A stretch of DNA of 64,000 bases. Source: an uncultured Bdellovibrionales bacterium. Its GTDB lineage: Bacteria > Bdellovibrionota_C > UBA2361 > CAYQVO01. The notes beneath the pieces were generated by a model. It worked only from the letters and a program-made list of their open reading frames with translations. It was not told the DNA's origin and made no database searches. Positions 38,322 to 48,050 of the stretch are shown here, piece by piece (the first letter of the stretch is position 1; the number at the start of each line of letters is the position of its first letter). The DNA is taken from assembly GCA_964421085.1 (NCBI GenBank), contig CAYQVO010000005.1, positions 54,930-118,929 on the forward strand. The letters are read 5' to 3'. Both the position numbers and the translations under genes were made by a program.

Positions 38322-38597
38322 GTGAATATGAATGTAGATGATTTCATGAGAGTCGCGCAGATTGGAGTCGAGGTTGCCACCATGGTGGCGGCTCCCATGC
38401 TTGTGCTTGGTCTTGTTTCGGGGCTCATTGTGAGCATATTTCAGGCAGCGACGCAGATCAGTGACGCATCTGTCGCGTTCATTCCCAAAATCGGCGCCAC
38501 CGTCACCGGCCTCGTCATTTTCGGGCACTTCATGATCGACAGAATCGCCGGTTTTACTATCTGGGTATACACGCAGATAGGGATGGTCGGAGGATAG
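38322..38597 (+). CDS. fliQ: flagellar export apparatus protein FliQ
   Basis: 91 aa; 'VAAPMLVLGLVSGLIVSIFQAATQI' is FliQ-typical. Confidence 0.85.
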   Translation: MNMNVDDFMRVAQIGVEVATMVAAPMLVLGLVSGLIVSIFQAATQISDASVAFIPKIGATVTGLVIFGHFMIDRIAGFTIWVYTQIGMVGG

Positions 38598-38598
38598 A

Positions 38599-39408
38599 TT
38601 GCTCGACGGCATCATCCTCAAAGCCCCCGTGCAGATGTTCGAGAGTCTGGACATCGTATGGACATTTTTTCTTCTGGTCGTGCGGTTCGGCGGCATGATG
38701 CTCGTTATTCCGGGTCTTGGCATGGGCCTGAGAGGCATTGCGGTGAGGGTTCCGGCCGTTTTGACCATGGCATTCGCCACGAGTGCAGTCTGCAGCGCGG
38801 CGGCGTTGCCGCCGAACATCGCGCAGATGGCTGTCACAATGTCGTCTGAGTTCTTTTTCGGCGTTCTTATCGGCTCAATCCCATTTTTTATAGTATCTGG
38901 CGCCCAGATGGCAGGGCAGCTCACGAGCTCGACAATGGGTCTTGCAGCAGCCAATCTCATAGATCCCGCGCAGGGCACCAGTACCTCGCCGCTTTCTCTT
39001 CTCCTCGGCAATCTGGTCATCCTGATCTTTCTTCTTATCGGCGGACATCATGTGGCTGTTTATGCAGCCTCGGGGCTTGGAGGCGAAATCCCGCCGGGCA
39101 CTCTTCTTCCGGTGCAGGTGTCTGCGGAGATTCTCGTTGATCGCAGCGCCGCGATCTTCGAAGCAGGAGTGGTTCTTTCTGCGCCCGTTATTGTCGCTCT
39201 TCTTTTGACTCAGTTCGTCATGGGGCTGGTTACGAAGGCAGTGCCGACCGTGAATATATTCATAGTCAGTTTTCCACTGACGATTGGAATCGGGTTGATC
39301 GTAACGAGCCTGTCCCTTCCGGTGTTTATTCACATTCTGACGAGAGATATCACCGGAGTCGAAAACAGTCTGAAAGTTGTTACGGACGTGATGATGGCGG
39401 GGAGGTGA
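38599..39408 (+). CDS. fliR: flagellar export apparatus protein FliR
   Basis: 269 aa polytopic protein in conserved position after fliQ. Confidence 0.8.
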   Translation: MLDGIILKAPVQMFESLDIVWTFFLLVVRFGGMMLVIPGLGMGLRGIAVRVPAVLTMAFATSAVCSAAALPPNIAQMAVTMSSEFFFGVLIGSIPFFIVSGAQMAGQLTSSTMGLAAANLIDPAQGTSTSPLSLLLGNLVILIFLLIGGHHVAVYAASGLGGEIPPGTLLPVQVSAEILVDRSAAIFEAGVVLSAPVIVALLLTQFVMGLVTKAVPTVNIFIVSFPLTIGIGLIVTSLSLPVFIHILTRDITGVENSLKVVTDVMMAGR

Positions 39409-39429
39409 AGTATTACCTGGGAAAACCCG

Positions 39430-39987
39430 TCACCCCGGCTCCCACAACTTCTCCGCAGCCCCCGCCTCAGCCGACGCGTGTCTTGCCATAGCAAAGAAAA
39501 GATCACTTAGTCTGTTCAGGTAAGCAATAATATCTTCCGGCACAGTTTCCTCGCGGCTTAATCTCAATACGTGCCGCTCGGCCCGCCGGCAGACAGTCCG
39601 GCAGACGTGAAGATCGCCATTAAGCCTGGTTCCGCCCGGCAGAACAAACGATGGGAGAGGGGGAAGTCCTTCGAGAAGAGAATCGATAAGCTTCTCCATT
39701 TCAGTTATCTCGTCGGGCTTCAGGACGGGATTGCCGAGTGAAGACCGATCTGCCAGAACAGCGCCGATGTCGAAAAGCCTCTGCTGAATGTGACCAAGGC
39801 TCTCTGAAACTATTCTCATACCGGCCTTTTCCGCCGTTGTCAGGGCGACTCCCGCAAAGGAGTTCAATTCATCGATTTCGCCGCAAGCTTCCACTCTGAG
39901 AGAATCCTTTTGGGTGCGTTGTCCGCCGGCGAGGTGTGTTTCCCCCGTGTCTCCGCTTCGAGTATATATTCGATCCAGTCTTACCAT
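39430..39987 (-). CDS. PduO-type ATP:cob(I)alamin adenosyltransferase
   Basis: 'IYTRSGDTGETHLAGGQRTQKDSLRVEACGEIDELNSFAGVA' is the PduO/MMAB N-terminal signature. Start at the 'MVRLDRIYTR' Met. Confidence 0.8.
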   Translation of the reverse strand: MVRLDRIYTRSGDTGETHLAGGQRTQKDSLRVEACGEIDELNSFAGVALTTAEKAGMRIVSESLGHIQQRLFDIGAVLADRSSLGNPVLKPDEITEMEKLIDSLLEGLPPLPSFVLPGGTRLNGDLHVCRTVCRRAERHVLRLSREETVPEDIIAYLNRLSDLFFAMARHASAEAGAAEKLWEPG

Positions 39988-40157
39988 CGAAATAACGTTA
40001 TATCTTCCATGAAAAAGATCAATTCCCGCAATGCCCAACCGGCGTTCTAAGAAATTACGGATCGGCCGGCTGCTTCGTTGAATCAAATATTTAAGGTGGT
40101 ACTCTTTTAATTTTTTGCGGAATAACTGAAAGCTCATCATAGCACAATCATCGGCTG

Positions 40158-41138
40158 TTGAGCGCGACGAAAGAACCGGAAATGTTTGCAGGGGGCGAAG
40201 AGCATACGTCCAGCGGAGATCGCGGCGAAGAGTTTTTGATTCCTGCTGCGATCACCGACACGGGCTGCGAGCGGGATCTGAATGAGGACCGTTACGCAGT
40301 TGTCGATTCGGCTTCAGGAGTCGGGTGGTTCGTGTGCGATGGAATGGGCGGCGCGAGCGGAGGCGAACTTGCGGCTCAGCTTGCCATCGATGCGATTCGC
40401 CGTGACCTTGAAATGCTTCCTGAACGATCATCTGCTGTCGCGTTCGAAAGCGCCGTAATAGAGGCAAATCGCGTAATCGTGCTTCGGCGGCAGAACAGGG
40501 CCTTTTCGAACATGGGAACTACAATTGTCGGAGCCATGTTCAAAGGTGATGAAGTATCAATCGGCCACGTGGGCGATTCGCGCGCCTATCTTGTGCGTGA
40601 CAACGCCATTCAGCAGCTGACACGCGACCATACTCTTGTCCAGGAATGGGTCGACCGCGGAGAGATAGTCGCGGACGAGGCGCTTTCGCATCCGCAGGCC
40701 CACATCCTCACTAAATGTCTTGGTGCGGAAGCTATGCTGGACGTTGAACTGAAAAGGTACTGGGTATGGCCTTCCCGTCAGGACGAACCGCAGGACGCGC
40801 TCGTCCTGTGCAGCGATGGTCTTTACAGCCTCGTGTCGGAAAATGAGATCGCATTGACGGTCACGCAGAGTCCGCCGCAGGAAGCGTGTGTTCAGCTTGT
40901 TGAACTTGCGAAAGAACGGGGTGGTTTCGATAATATCACCCTTGCGATAATCCCACTTGGCGGGCAGCTCAGGGAACAGCCGTGTACAGCTGCGGTTCCT
41001 GTGAGGAAGGAAGCGGCCGCACACAAATCAATTTTCAGAAGAGATATTCTGAAAGCGGGAATGCTTACAGGCATTCTCACAGCAGTGAGTGTTTTGATTG
41101 CGGTCTTTTTGATTATGTACGGCATGAGTCGTCAATAA
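40158..41138 (+). CDS. PP2C-family Ser/Thr protein phosphatase with a C-terminal TM anchor
   Basis: 'AVVDSASGVGWFVCDGMGGASGGELAAQLAID' and 'LVLCSDGL' metal-binding motifs, with a terminal hydrophobic helix. Confidence 0.75.
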   Translation: MSATKEPEMFAGGEEHTSSGDRGEEFLIPAAITDTGCERDLNEDRYAVVDSASGVGWFVCDGMGGASGGELAAQLAIDAIRRDLEMLPERSSAVAFESAVIEANRVIVLRRQNRAFSNMGTTIVGAMFKGDEVSIGHVGDSRAYLVRDNAIQQLTRDHTLVQEWVDRGEIVADEALSHPQAHILTKCLGAEAMLDVELKRYWVWPSRQDEPQDALVLCSDGLYSLVSENEIALTVTQSPPQEACVQLVELAKERGGFDNITLAIIPLGGQLREQPCTAAVPVRKEAAAHKSIFRRDILKAGMLTGILTAVSVLIAVFLIMYGMSRQ

Positions 41139-41175
41139 TTCGTTCCTGAGGCTCCGGGCCCGCGCCGGGCGTGCG

Positions 41176-41973
41176 GTGCCTGCAAGGAACGGTTTGGAGG
41201 TTGAAATGGATTCGAAGAAGGACGATGCAGAGGATAGACCGGAAGGTGAGGGAGGTTCAGCGCCCCGGGCAAGGAACCGCACCGTAATGCTCACCCCCGA
41301 AATGACGGGGCAGCTTAGAAGCCGCATTGGCAGAGAAGGACTTGTCACGAGCAGAGATGCTGCGGCTGAACATCCGAATCCGTCCCCGGATGGAGAGCCC
41401 GAAAGTCCCACTGTCGAGGAACCAACTGCGTTCCGGCCGATGCATGTTCATACTCCCAAAACCGTCCCCTTCACTCTTCCTGAAGAGGAGGAGCCGGTAC
41501 AGCCATCCGCTCCTTCCGCCGTGCAGTTTCAGCAGCCGTCTTCATTCAAGCCAGTGGCGCATCCAGTGCCGCCGGATGTGCGGCAGGAAACGCGTCCGGA
41601 GTCCCGGGTATACTGGTCGAAACAGGCGCCCGTTCAGGGCTTCCTTGTATCGTACGATACCGACCAGAATGGTGAAGTTTTCGAACTCCGCCAGGGCCGG
41701 ATGATTGTGACGTCCGAGCGCGCGGCTCATGGGGATTATCTCGTCATTGCGGACGAGAGCATTTCTCCCATGCACGCCATCCTGCGTATAACGGGAGCTG
41801 GAGAAGTGCAGGTTCTTGATCAGCTTTCCGAGTTTGGAACGAAGATTAAACGGCTCGGATCCGATACTTTTGAAGACCTGTCGGGAGAGAGAAGCCCGGT
41901 GGGGCACGGCGATGTCATTTATTTCGGAAAGCGTTCGTTCCATGTCTGCATGGTAGTGAGAGAGCAGGGATAA
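41176..41973 (+). CDS. FHA-domain protein with a Pro/Glu-rich N-terminal region
   Basis: C-terminal 'GRMIVTSERAAHGDYLVIADESISPMHAILRITGAGEVQVLDQLSEFGTKI' follows the FHA pattern (G-R...S..HA...N.T). Confidence 0.65.
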   Translation: MPARNGLEVEMDSKKDDAEDRPEGEGGSAPRARNRTVMLTPEMTGQLRSRIGREGLVTSRDAAAEHPNPSPDGEPESPTVEEPTAFRPMHVHTPKTVPFTLPEEEEPVQPSAPSAVQFQQPSSFKPVAHPVPPDVRQETRPESRVYWSKQAPVQGFLVSYDTDQNGEVFELRQGRMIVTSERAAHGDYLVIADESISPMHAILRITGAGEVQVLDQLSEFGTKIKRLGSDTFEDLSGERSPVGHGDVIYFGKRSFHVCMVVREQG

Positions 41974-42021
41974 CGATCGGACCAGAGACGGGAGCACGAC
42001 GATGAGAGCCGGGACCAGAAG

Positions 42022-43593
42022 ATGACCGAAGAGCATTTGATAAGTCTTCAGCCGGGAACGGTCATCGACGGGAGATATGAGGTCGTGAAGTGTCTCGGGG
42101 CCGGCAGCATGGGACTGGTGTATGCCTGCAGGCATCGGGAACTCTCAGGGCACCTTGTGGCAGTGAAGGTCCTGTTTCCTGAAGTTTCCCAGGATAAAGT
42201 CGCCGCTGCGCGTTTCCGGAACGAAATTTTCGCTTCCTACGGCGTTTCTCATCCAAATGTCGTGCGCGCATATGAGTACCTTCGCGACGGCGATCTCGTC
42301 GCTTACACGATGGAATACGTCGGCGGCGGCGATCTGGCTGAACGCCTGGGGCGAAGCAGAGAGCCGATTCCGATCTCGGATGTGATCAAGCTTCTCGCGC
42401 AGATGTGTGCGGGTGTTCAGGCGATCCATGATTCAGGAATTGTGCACAGAGATTTGAAGCCGGAAAACATTCTTTTGACAAGAGATGGCGACGTTAAGAT
42501 CGCCGACTTCGGGATCGCGCGCACAGGACACGGCCCGAAGCTTACCGAACATGGCGGTGTCGTGGGCACTATCGATTATGTGAGCCCTGAATATATTCTC
42601 AACTCACAGGTGGACTCGCGTTCGGATATTTACGCGATGGGCATACTCGGATATGAGATGCTTACGGGGGAATCTCCTTTCCGGGGCGACAGCGTCTACG
42701 CAACCATGACGAAGCGGCTTAAAACCGATCCTGAGAAGCCCAGTACCCATCGTGCCGACTGCCCGAAAGAACTTGATGCTATTATCCTCAAAGCGATGCA
42801 GCGGGATCCCGATGAAAGATATCAGTCGGCTGGAAAGATGCAGAAAGATCTCGAACTGCTCGCATCTCAACGAGGGGAGCGTGTCGCCTCAATACCGGCA
42901 TCGCAGGGGGAGACAGCGGAGCTGGAACAGCGTCTGACGACTGTCGCGCAGGCGGCCCCTGCCGGACCGGCCGTTGAGAATCGCCCGGCATCGCCGTACG
43001 GAAACCGGGATCTTCCTCAAAGGTCGCCGGAGTTATCATCGGCAGCCGGGGCAGATGAACTTCATCCTTCGAATGTGCGGGAACCGCCGGCCGAGGCGAC
43101 TGCGCGGTCTGTTTCCTCTTCACAGGATGTGGACACCGAAACCCGCGGCAAATCGGGAGGTTTTTCCCGTGCATTTGCATATACAGGCGGAGACCTTGCC
43201 ATAAGTTCCAGGACTACTGCGTCGTTCGGGACTGATGTGATGGAGAGTCTCGACATCACCAGACCTGATTATCGAGAAAGCGGCGCAAATGACAGCAGAC
43301 AGCGCATGATGACAATTCGCCGCCAGGAAAATGCCGGGGAAACGACTCGACCCGGGTCGGAAGAGACGCATGTGTTATCCACAGCGATCGATGCCGACCG
43401 CATGAAAAAACTCCATGAACTCGTCGATAGATCCCAGCCCTGGGACTTCTATGATTTCCTGCGGCTCACTGTTGCGATACTATGCGGCCTGATGGTCGGT
43501 CTGCTCGTAATAAATTATATGTTATCTCCGGACATGCTTTCGGCTTTCGATGTCCGCAGAATTATAGAGGCGCTTCCGGGGGTTGGTCGATGA
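42022..43593 (+). CDS. Hanks-type Ser/Thr protein kinase with a C-terminal TM segment
   Basis: 'LGAGSMGLVYAC...VAVKVL' (Gly loop and Lys), 'HRDLKPENILL', 'DFG', and 'SPE' (APE-like). The stop overlaps the cpaE start. Confidence 0.85.
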   Translation: MTEEHLISLQPGTVIDGRYEVVKCLGAGSMGLVYACRHRELSGHLVAVKVLFPEVSQDKVAAARFRNEIFASYGVSHPNVVRAYEYLRDGDLVAYTMEYVGGGDLAERLGRSREPIPISDVIKLLAQMCAGVQAIHDSGIVHRDLKPENILLTRDGDVKIADFGIARTGHGPKLTEHGGVVGTIDYVSPEYILNSQVDSRSDIYAMGILGYEMLTGESPFRGDSVYATMTKRLKTDPEKPSTHRADCPKELDAIILKAMQRDPDERYQSAGKMQKDLELLASQRGERVASIPASQGETAELEQRLTTVAQAAPAGPAVENRPASPYGNRDLPQRSPELSSAAGADELHPSNVREPPAEATARSVSSSQDVDTETRGKSGGFSRAFAYTGGDLAISSRTTASFGTDVMESLDITRPDYRESGANDSRQRMMTIRRQENAGETTRPGSEETHVLSTAIDADRMKKLHELVDRSQPWDFYDFLRLTVAILCGLMVGLLVINYMLSPDMLSAFDVRRIIEALPGVGR

Positions 43594-44852
43594 AAATTCT
43601 TATAGTTGACAACACGGCCGAATCGCAGGCTTTCTGTTACCGAAGGCTTGAATCATTCAGCCAGCTGGACAAGGAGACGCTCGATCTCCAGGTGCGTCTG
43701 GCAAATGAAGCCGAGGCGATGCAATACATAACTGAAGCGGACGTTCTCGTTCTGGGTTCGGGGCTTGGTCAATCAGGTGTCGTCATCGCGAAGCAGGCGA
43801 TGGTCGCTGTTCCGTGGCTCCATATTATAATGTTTGTTACCGACGAGCTCTATGGAGGAGGAGCGTTTAGAGCCGCCCAGGCCGTGGGTGTGCGGAAAGT
43901 CTTTCCCGACAGCGCCTCTCCCATTGATTTTCTGCAGGAACTTGTCGCGATTCATGCGGAATTCCGGCGTGAGGGAAGGACGAGAGAAGGAAAAGTGGTT
44001 GCCATTGCCCACGCAAAAGGCGGGGTGGGGGCGACCTCGGTTGCAGCGGCCCTTGCCGAGATATGCAGCGTCTACAACAGGAAGACCATCCTCTGGGATC
44101 TGGATGTCGAAACGAGAGACCTCAGCCGTTCTCTTACTGTGAACGGCACGGAGGCTCACGTTGTCAGTTCCTGGGTCAACGGAGAGCGCGAAATTTCCCG
44201 TGAATCATTGAAGGATGCGTTGATACCGATCAGCAGCGATGTATCGGTGTTGATGCCGCCCGATCGGATGGCCGAATCCATGGATCTCATCTGTCATACA
44301 GACGGCATGCTTATTGTTCAGCGGGTGGTCGATCTGGCGAGAGTGCTTTACGATGTGATTCTCGTCGACACGGCAGGAAGGCTTGGTCCCGCAACAGGCG
44401 CTCTTCTCAGGGCAGCTGATACCGTACTTATAGTCCTTGACGATTCAGTGCTTGGAATAACAGCTTTAGACTTGTACCTCAGCTTCGTGAAGTCGCTGGT
44501 GGGCGACACAGACAGGATCGTATTCCTTGTAAACGGGGCAACTCCAGAGTCGCTTACGATTGAGCAGATTGCCGGCGAACTGGAACCTGCGCACCACCTG
44601 GGCCAGATGCCGTGGAGACTGGAGACAGTACCGAAGGACTACAAGGCGGGCCAGTGGCCCGGCAGCGGACGGACAATGTACAGTCTCGGTCAGAAATCAA
44701 CAAGAGCCGTGCTGGAGAGTGTTGCCGCAGAAATAGGTCTCTGCCAAAATCCGGTGCAGTACCAGGCTCCTGGCGCCAGTCAGGCGTCCTCCGCAGGTTC
44801 AGTCAGAGACGAAGAGGATTCAGGATGGCTTAAGCGGCTTCTGAAGCGCTGA
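43590..44852 (+). CDS. cpaE: Tad/Flp pilus assembly protein CpaE/TadZ (receiver-like N-domain + ParA/MinD-type ATPase)
   Basis: N-terminal 'MKILIVDNTAES', then a deviant Walker A 'AHAKGGVGATSVAAALA'. It sits next to flp and cpaF. Confidence 0.75.
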   Translation: MKILIVDNTAESQAFCYRRLESFSQLDKETLDLQVRLANEAEAMQYITEADVLVLGSGLGQSGVVIAKQAMVAVPWLHIIMFVTDELYGGGAFRAAQAVGVRKVFPDSASPIDFLQELVAIHAEFRREGRTREGKVVAIAHAKGGVGATSVAAALAEICSVYNRKTILWDLDVETRDLSRSLTVNGTEAHVVSSWVNGEREISRESLKDALIPISSDVSVLMPPDRMAESMDLICHTDGMLIVQRVVDLARVLYDVILVDTAGRLGPATGALLRAADTVLIVLDDSVLGITALDLYLSFVKSLVGDTDRIVFLVNGATPESLTIEQIAGELEPAHHLGQMPWRLETVPKDYKAGQWPGSGRTMYSLGQKSTRAVLESVAAEIGLCQNPVQYQAPGASQASSAGSVRDEEDSGWLKRLLKR

Positions 44853-45056
44853 TTGAAAATAACTGGTTGAACGCGTTATCATGGTAAGGTAAGCTCAGGA
44901 CGTTCAGGGTCTCTGTACAAATTTTTTATCTGGCATCTATTACCTGAGCGTGTTGAAGTCTCAGGTATGCTGGGTGAAGCGCGCGGGGGGACTGAGGAAG
45001 TCCAGCCGCTCATGATAAACAGTTTTTTCTTTAACTCTTTTGTGGAGGAAAGTTTG

Positions 45057-45203
45057 ATGGAATTCAAATCAGAAAAGGGCGCCAGCCTTGTCGAGTATGC
45101 TCTTCTCGTTGCCCTTATAGCGGTTGCATGCATCGTGGCAATCCGGGCCCTCGGGAGCAAGATCTCTCAGCAGTTCTCCTACACCGCCGGACAGTTAGGG
45201 TAG
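45057..45203 (+). CDS. flp: Flp-family type IVb pilin
   Basis: 48 aa; 'GASLVEYALLVALIAVACIVAI' is the Flp motif. RBS 'ggaggaa' upstream. Confidence 0.75.
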   Translation: MEFKSEKGASLVEYALLVALIAVACIVAIRALGSKISQQFSYTAGQLG

Positions 45204-45221
45204 GAATATCGGTAATTCCGG

Positions 45222-45280
45222 GAAAAGTGGCAACTTGGCGCGCGTGAAGAGGTAGGGCCGCGTTAAAGTTGCCACTTTTC
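45222..45280 (+). terminator. 15-bp perfect inverted repeat (gaaaagtggcaactt ... aagttgccacttttc) immediately after flp; possible attenuator or partial terminator
   Basis: Read from the sequence. There is no U-tract after it. Confidence 0.45.
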
Positions 45281-45549
45281 AATTCTGCGGTGCATCTTAA
45301 ATCCAGTGAGGGAACCGTATGCGTGCCCAGGTTGGATGGCAATCTATAAGGATTACTCCTGAAGATTCTTAAGAGCTTTTGAATATACATCTGTGTATTC
45401 CGTGCCGTTGGGCTCGCGAAAACTTCCCTGCACCGCCTATCTCTCTCTCGAAAGCGACAGAGCAGAGACGGCGCGTAAATCAGCTTGCAGTATTTTCGGA
45501 CAACTTCAAACGGAAGTCCGAGGGGTGGTTTTGAAAAAAAGGTTGGTGT

Positions 45550-47055
45550 ATGACGGCAGGCGGAAGCAAAGACAAAGATGCTCTAATCAGTTTATTCTCA
45601 ACACGGTCACTTAAGTCCCGGCTGCTGGAGAGCACTCCGGCTGAGACGCAGGGGCAGTCCCCCGCCATTGTCACTGATCGGACGGGCAAAGCGACAGCCG
45701 GCGCAACAAGTGGAGTAAGACGTCCGTCATCAAGAACCGGCACACAGACCCAGCTCTCTCCCCTTGCAAGCACGATTCTTCGAGAGGCTCGACGCGAACT
45801 CGGAAGCGACACTGCTCTGCAGCAGGCGCAGCAGAGTGGGCAGGGGATTGCGGAAGAAGCAATAGCATCGGCTGTGGATCGTGTAATACGCCGGCGCGGG
45901 GAGCCGATCGATGACATAGAGCGCGCCAATATAATCATTCACCTTCAGAAGGATCTTATGGGGTGGGGCGTACTGCAGCCCCTTGTGGACAACCGTGAAG
46001 TTACCGACATTCATGTTTACGATTATCAGACTGTCGTCCTGCAGCGCGGTAAATGCAGCGAAATTACCGGCCTTCACTGGCCGAATAAGCAGGCATACAT
46101 TGCCTTCATTGATCGCCTTCTGATGCGTCTTGGGAAATCTCTCACGACTCAGCAGCACACAGTCGACGCGTCGTTCCCGAACGGCATACGAATATGCGCT
46201 ATCCATGAGAGCGTGTGCGGAACCCGCGGGCCTTTGCTGTGCGTTCGCGTTCCCCGCATCGTTGATGTGTCGCTCGAGGGACTCGTTTCATACCAGGTTG
46301 CTCCGCCCCTTGTGGTGAATTATCTGGCCTGTCTTATCCGGGGTGGAACTGCGACGATCATGGTCGCCGGCGAAACTGGAACCGGCAAGACCACGCTTTT
46401 GAAGTGTCTCGGCACTCAGTTCGGTCCCGATGAATCCATTATCGCCGTTGAAGATACTCCCGAGCTCAACTTTCAGCATCCATTCTTCCGTTCCCTCATA
46501 TCCCGCCCCCCGAACGCAGAGGGTGTCGGCGAGGTGACGCTTCAGGAGCATATCAAAACGACTCTGCGAATGACGCCTACCCGCGTAATTCTCGGAGAGA
46601 TGCGTACTCCGTATGCGGCAGAAGCATTCCTGGAGAGCGCGCAGACCGGCCACGTTGGAATGTCCACCATCCACGCGCGAAACGCCCGTGAGACTCTGGT
46701 CCGTCTCGAGAGTCTTCTCGGTCGCGCTCAGAAGTCTGTTTCCATCGACATTATAAGGCAGCAAATTGCTCTCGCGGTCGACCTGGTGGTGTGGATGTTC
46801 AGGGAGAAGGGAACGGGCAAAATCCGGATAGGTGAAGTCATTGAAGTCGGCCACTTCGTGGAAGGTGTCATCCAGGTCCGGCCGATGTTCCGTCTCATTG
46901 AGATGGGTGAAAAAGCGGCCTGGCGTGTGGAGTCATGGTCAAGCAATTTCGATCATCTTCTTGCGGACGATGGCATATTCCTCGGCGATCATCCGAAGGA
47001 AATTTCATTCACGAATGTCGATCCCGAATCGCTGGAGCGCACAGAGAGGAGTTGA
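45550..47055 (+). CDS. cpaF: Tad pilus assembly ATPase CpaF/TadA (type II/IV secretion ATPase family)
   Basis: Walker A 'VAGETGTGKTTLLKCL', Asp and His boxes, and an N-terminal extension. Confidence 0.85.
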   Translation: MTAGGSKDKDALISLFSTRSLKSRLLESTPAETQGQSPAIVTDRTGKATAGATSGVRRPSSRTGTQTQLSPLASTILREARRELGSDTALQQAQQSGQGIAEEAIASAVDRVIRRRGEPIDDIERANIIIHLQKDLMGWGVLQPLVDNREVTDIHVYDYQTVVLQRGKCSEITGLHWPNKQAYIAFIDRLLMRLGKSLTTQQHTVDASFPNGIRICAIHESVCGTRGPLLCVRVPRIVDVSLEGLVSYQVAPPLVVNYLACLIRGGTATIMVAGETGTGKTTLLKCLGTQFGPDESIIAVEDTPELNFQHPFFRSLISRPPNAEGVGEVTLQEHIKTTLRMTPTRVILGEMRTPYAAEAFLESAQTGHVGMSTIHARNARETLVRLESLLGRAQKSVSIDIIRQQIALAVDLVVWMFREKGTGKIRIGEVIEVGHFVEGVIQVRPMFRLIEMGEKAAWRVESWSSNFDHLLADDGIFLGDHPKEISFTNVDPESLERTERS

Positions 47056-48020
47056 TGGTTATGACGGGCAGCGCGGTCGTAATAATAGTTATTGCCATGT
47101 TTCTTCTTATCGGCGGCGCCATAGTCTGGTTCCTGCTGATGGAGGGGGCTGATGCCGATCCTTCCGGCCAGTTCGGAGCAATCCTTTCAGCTCAGCGGGG
47201 ATTGCCTTCAGATCTCCGCGAACGCAAGGCATTTTTCATTACTCCTGAAACTGAGGCGGGCAGGGTAGACAGATCTTCTCTTACTTTGGAGCGGAAGCTG
47301 AAGTACGCCCAGATGAAAATGTCCCCGAAAGTATGGTGGCTCTGGTCAATTGGAATTGGAATAGTGGCGTTTCTGATTGCATCGCGTATCTTCGCGATAT
47401 TCCTGGCGGTATTTTTCCTCTTCCTTGGCCATCTGATAATGAGCACATACACGACAATCCGGCTCGAACGGCGGTTCAAAGCCTTCGACAAGGATTATGC
47501 GCAGTTCCTCCTTTCGCTTGTGGGTCTCCTGAAAACGGGAATGAACAGTCTGAACGGACTGGAAGCTGCCGCTGAAGGGCTTGAACCCGGAGCACTCGTG
47601 CGGCAGGAGGTCGAGCTGATGCTTGAGCGGCTCCGTTTCGGAGTTCCGGAAGAAAAGTCCATCGGAACTTTGGGCGAGGATATCAATCATCCGGAGATAG
47701 AACTCTTCGTGCAGGCATTACTGTTGAATAAGCGGCTCGGGGGTAATCTGTCTGATACGCTCGAGCGTCTCGCAAAGCAGGTTCGAAGGCGTCAGTACTT
47801 CAGGCAGGCCGCGGTTGCCGCTATCGGTCTTCAGCGTGGTTCTCTCTGGTTCATCATACTGATACTGGTGATTATCGAGTTCTATCTGTATTTTGTGATG
47901 CCCAATACGGTTATTGAATCGTTGAAGGACGAAGTCGGATGGCAGGGATGGCAGGGAGCGCTTCTTCTTATTATGATCGGCATTCTCTGGTTGAGGCAGG
48001 TGACTCGGATTAGAGTTTAG
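47055..48020 (+). CDS. tadB: Tad pilus inner-membrane platform protein TadB
   Basis: Polytopic GspF-like half-size protein after cpaF, with a TGATG overlap. Start at the 'MVMTGS' Met. Confidence 0.7.
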   Translation: MVMTGSAVVIIVIAMFLLIGGAIVWFLLMEGADADPSGQFGAILSAQRGLPSDLRERKAFFITPETEAGRVDRSSLTLERKLKYAQMKMSPKVWWLWSIGIGIVAFLIASRIFAIFLAVFFLFLGHLIMSTYTTIRLERRFKAFDKDYAQFLLSLVGLLKTGMNSLNGLEAAAEGLEPGALVRQEVELMLERLRFGVPEEKSIGTLGEDINHPEIELFVQALLLNKRLGGNLSDTLERLAKQVRRRQYFRQAAVAAIGLQRGSLWFIILILVIIEFYLYFVMPNTVIESLKDEVGWQGWQGALLLIMIGILWLRQVTRIRV

Positions 48021-48050
48021 CTGTTTGAAAAGGGTTGAACAGAGGTCAGT

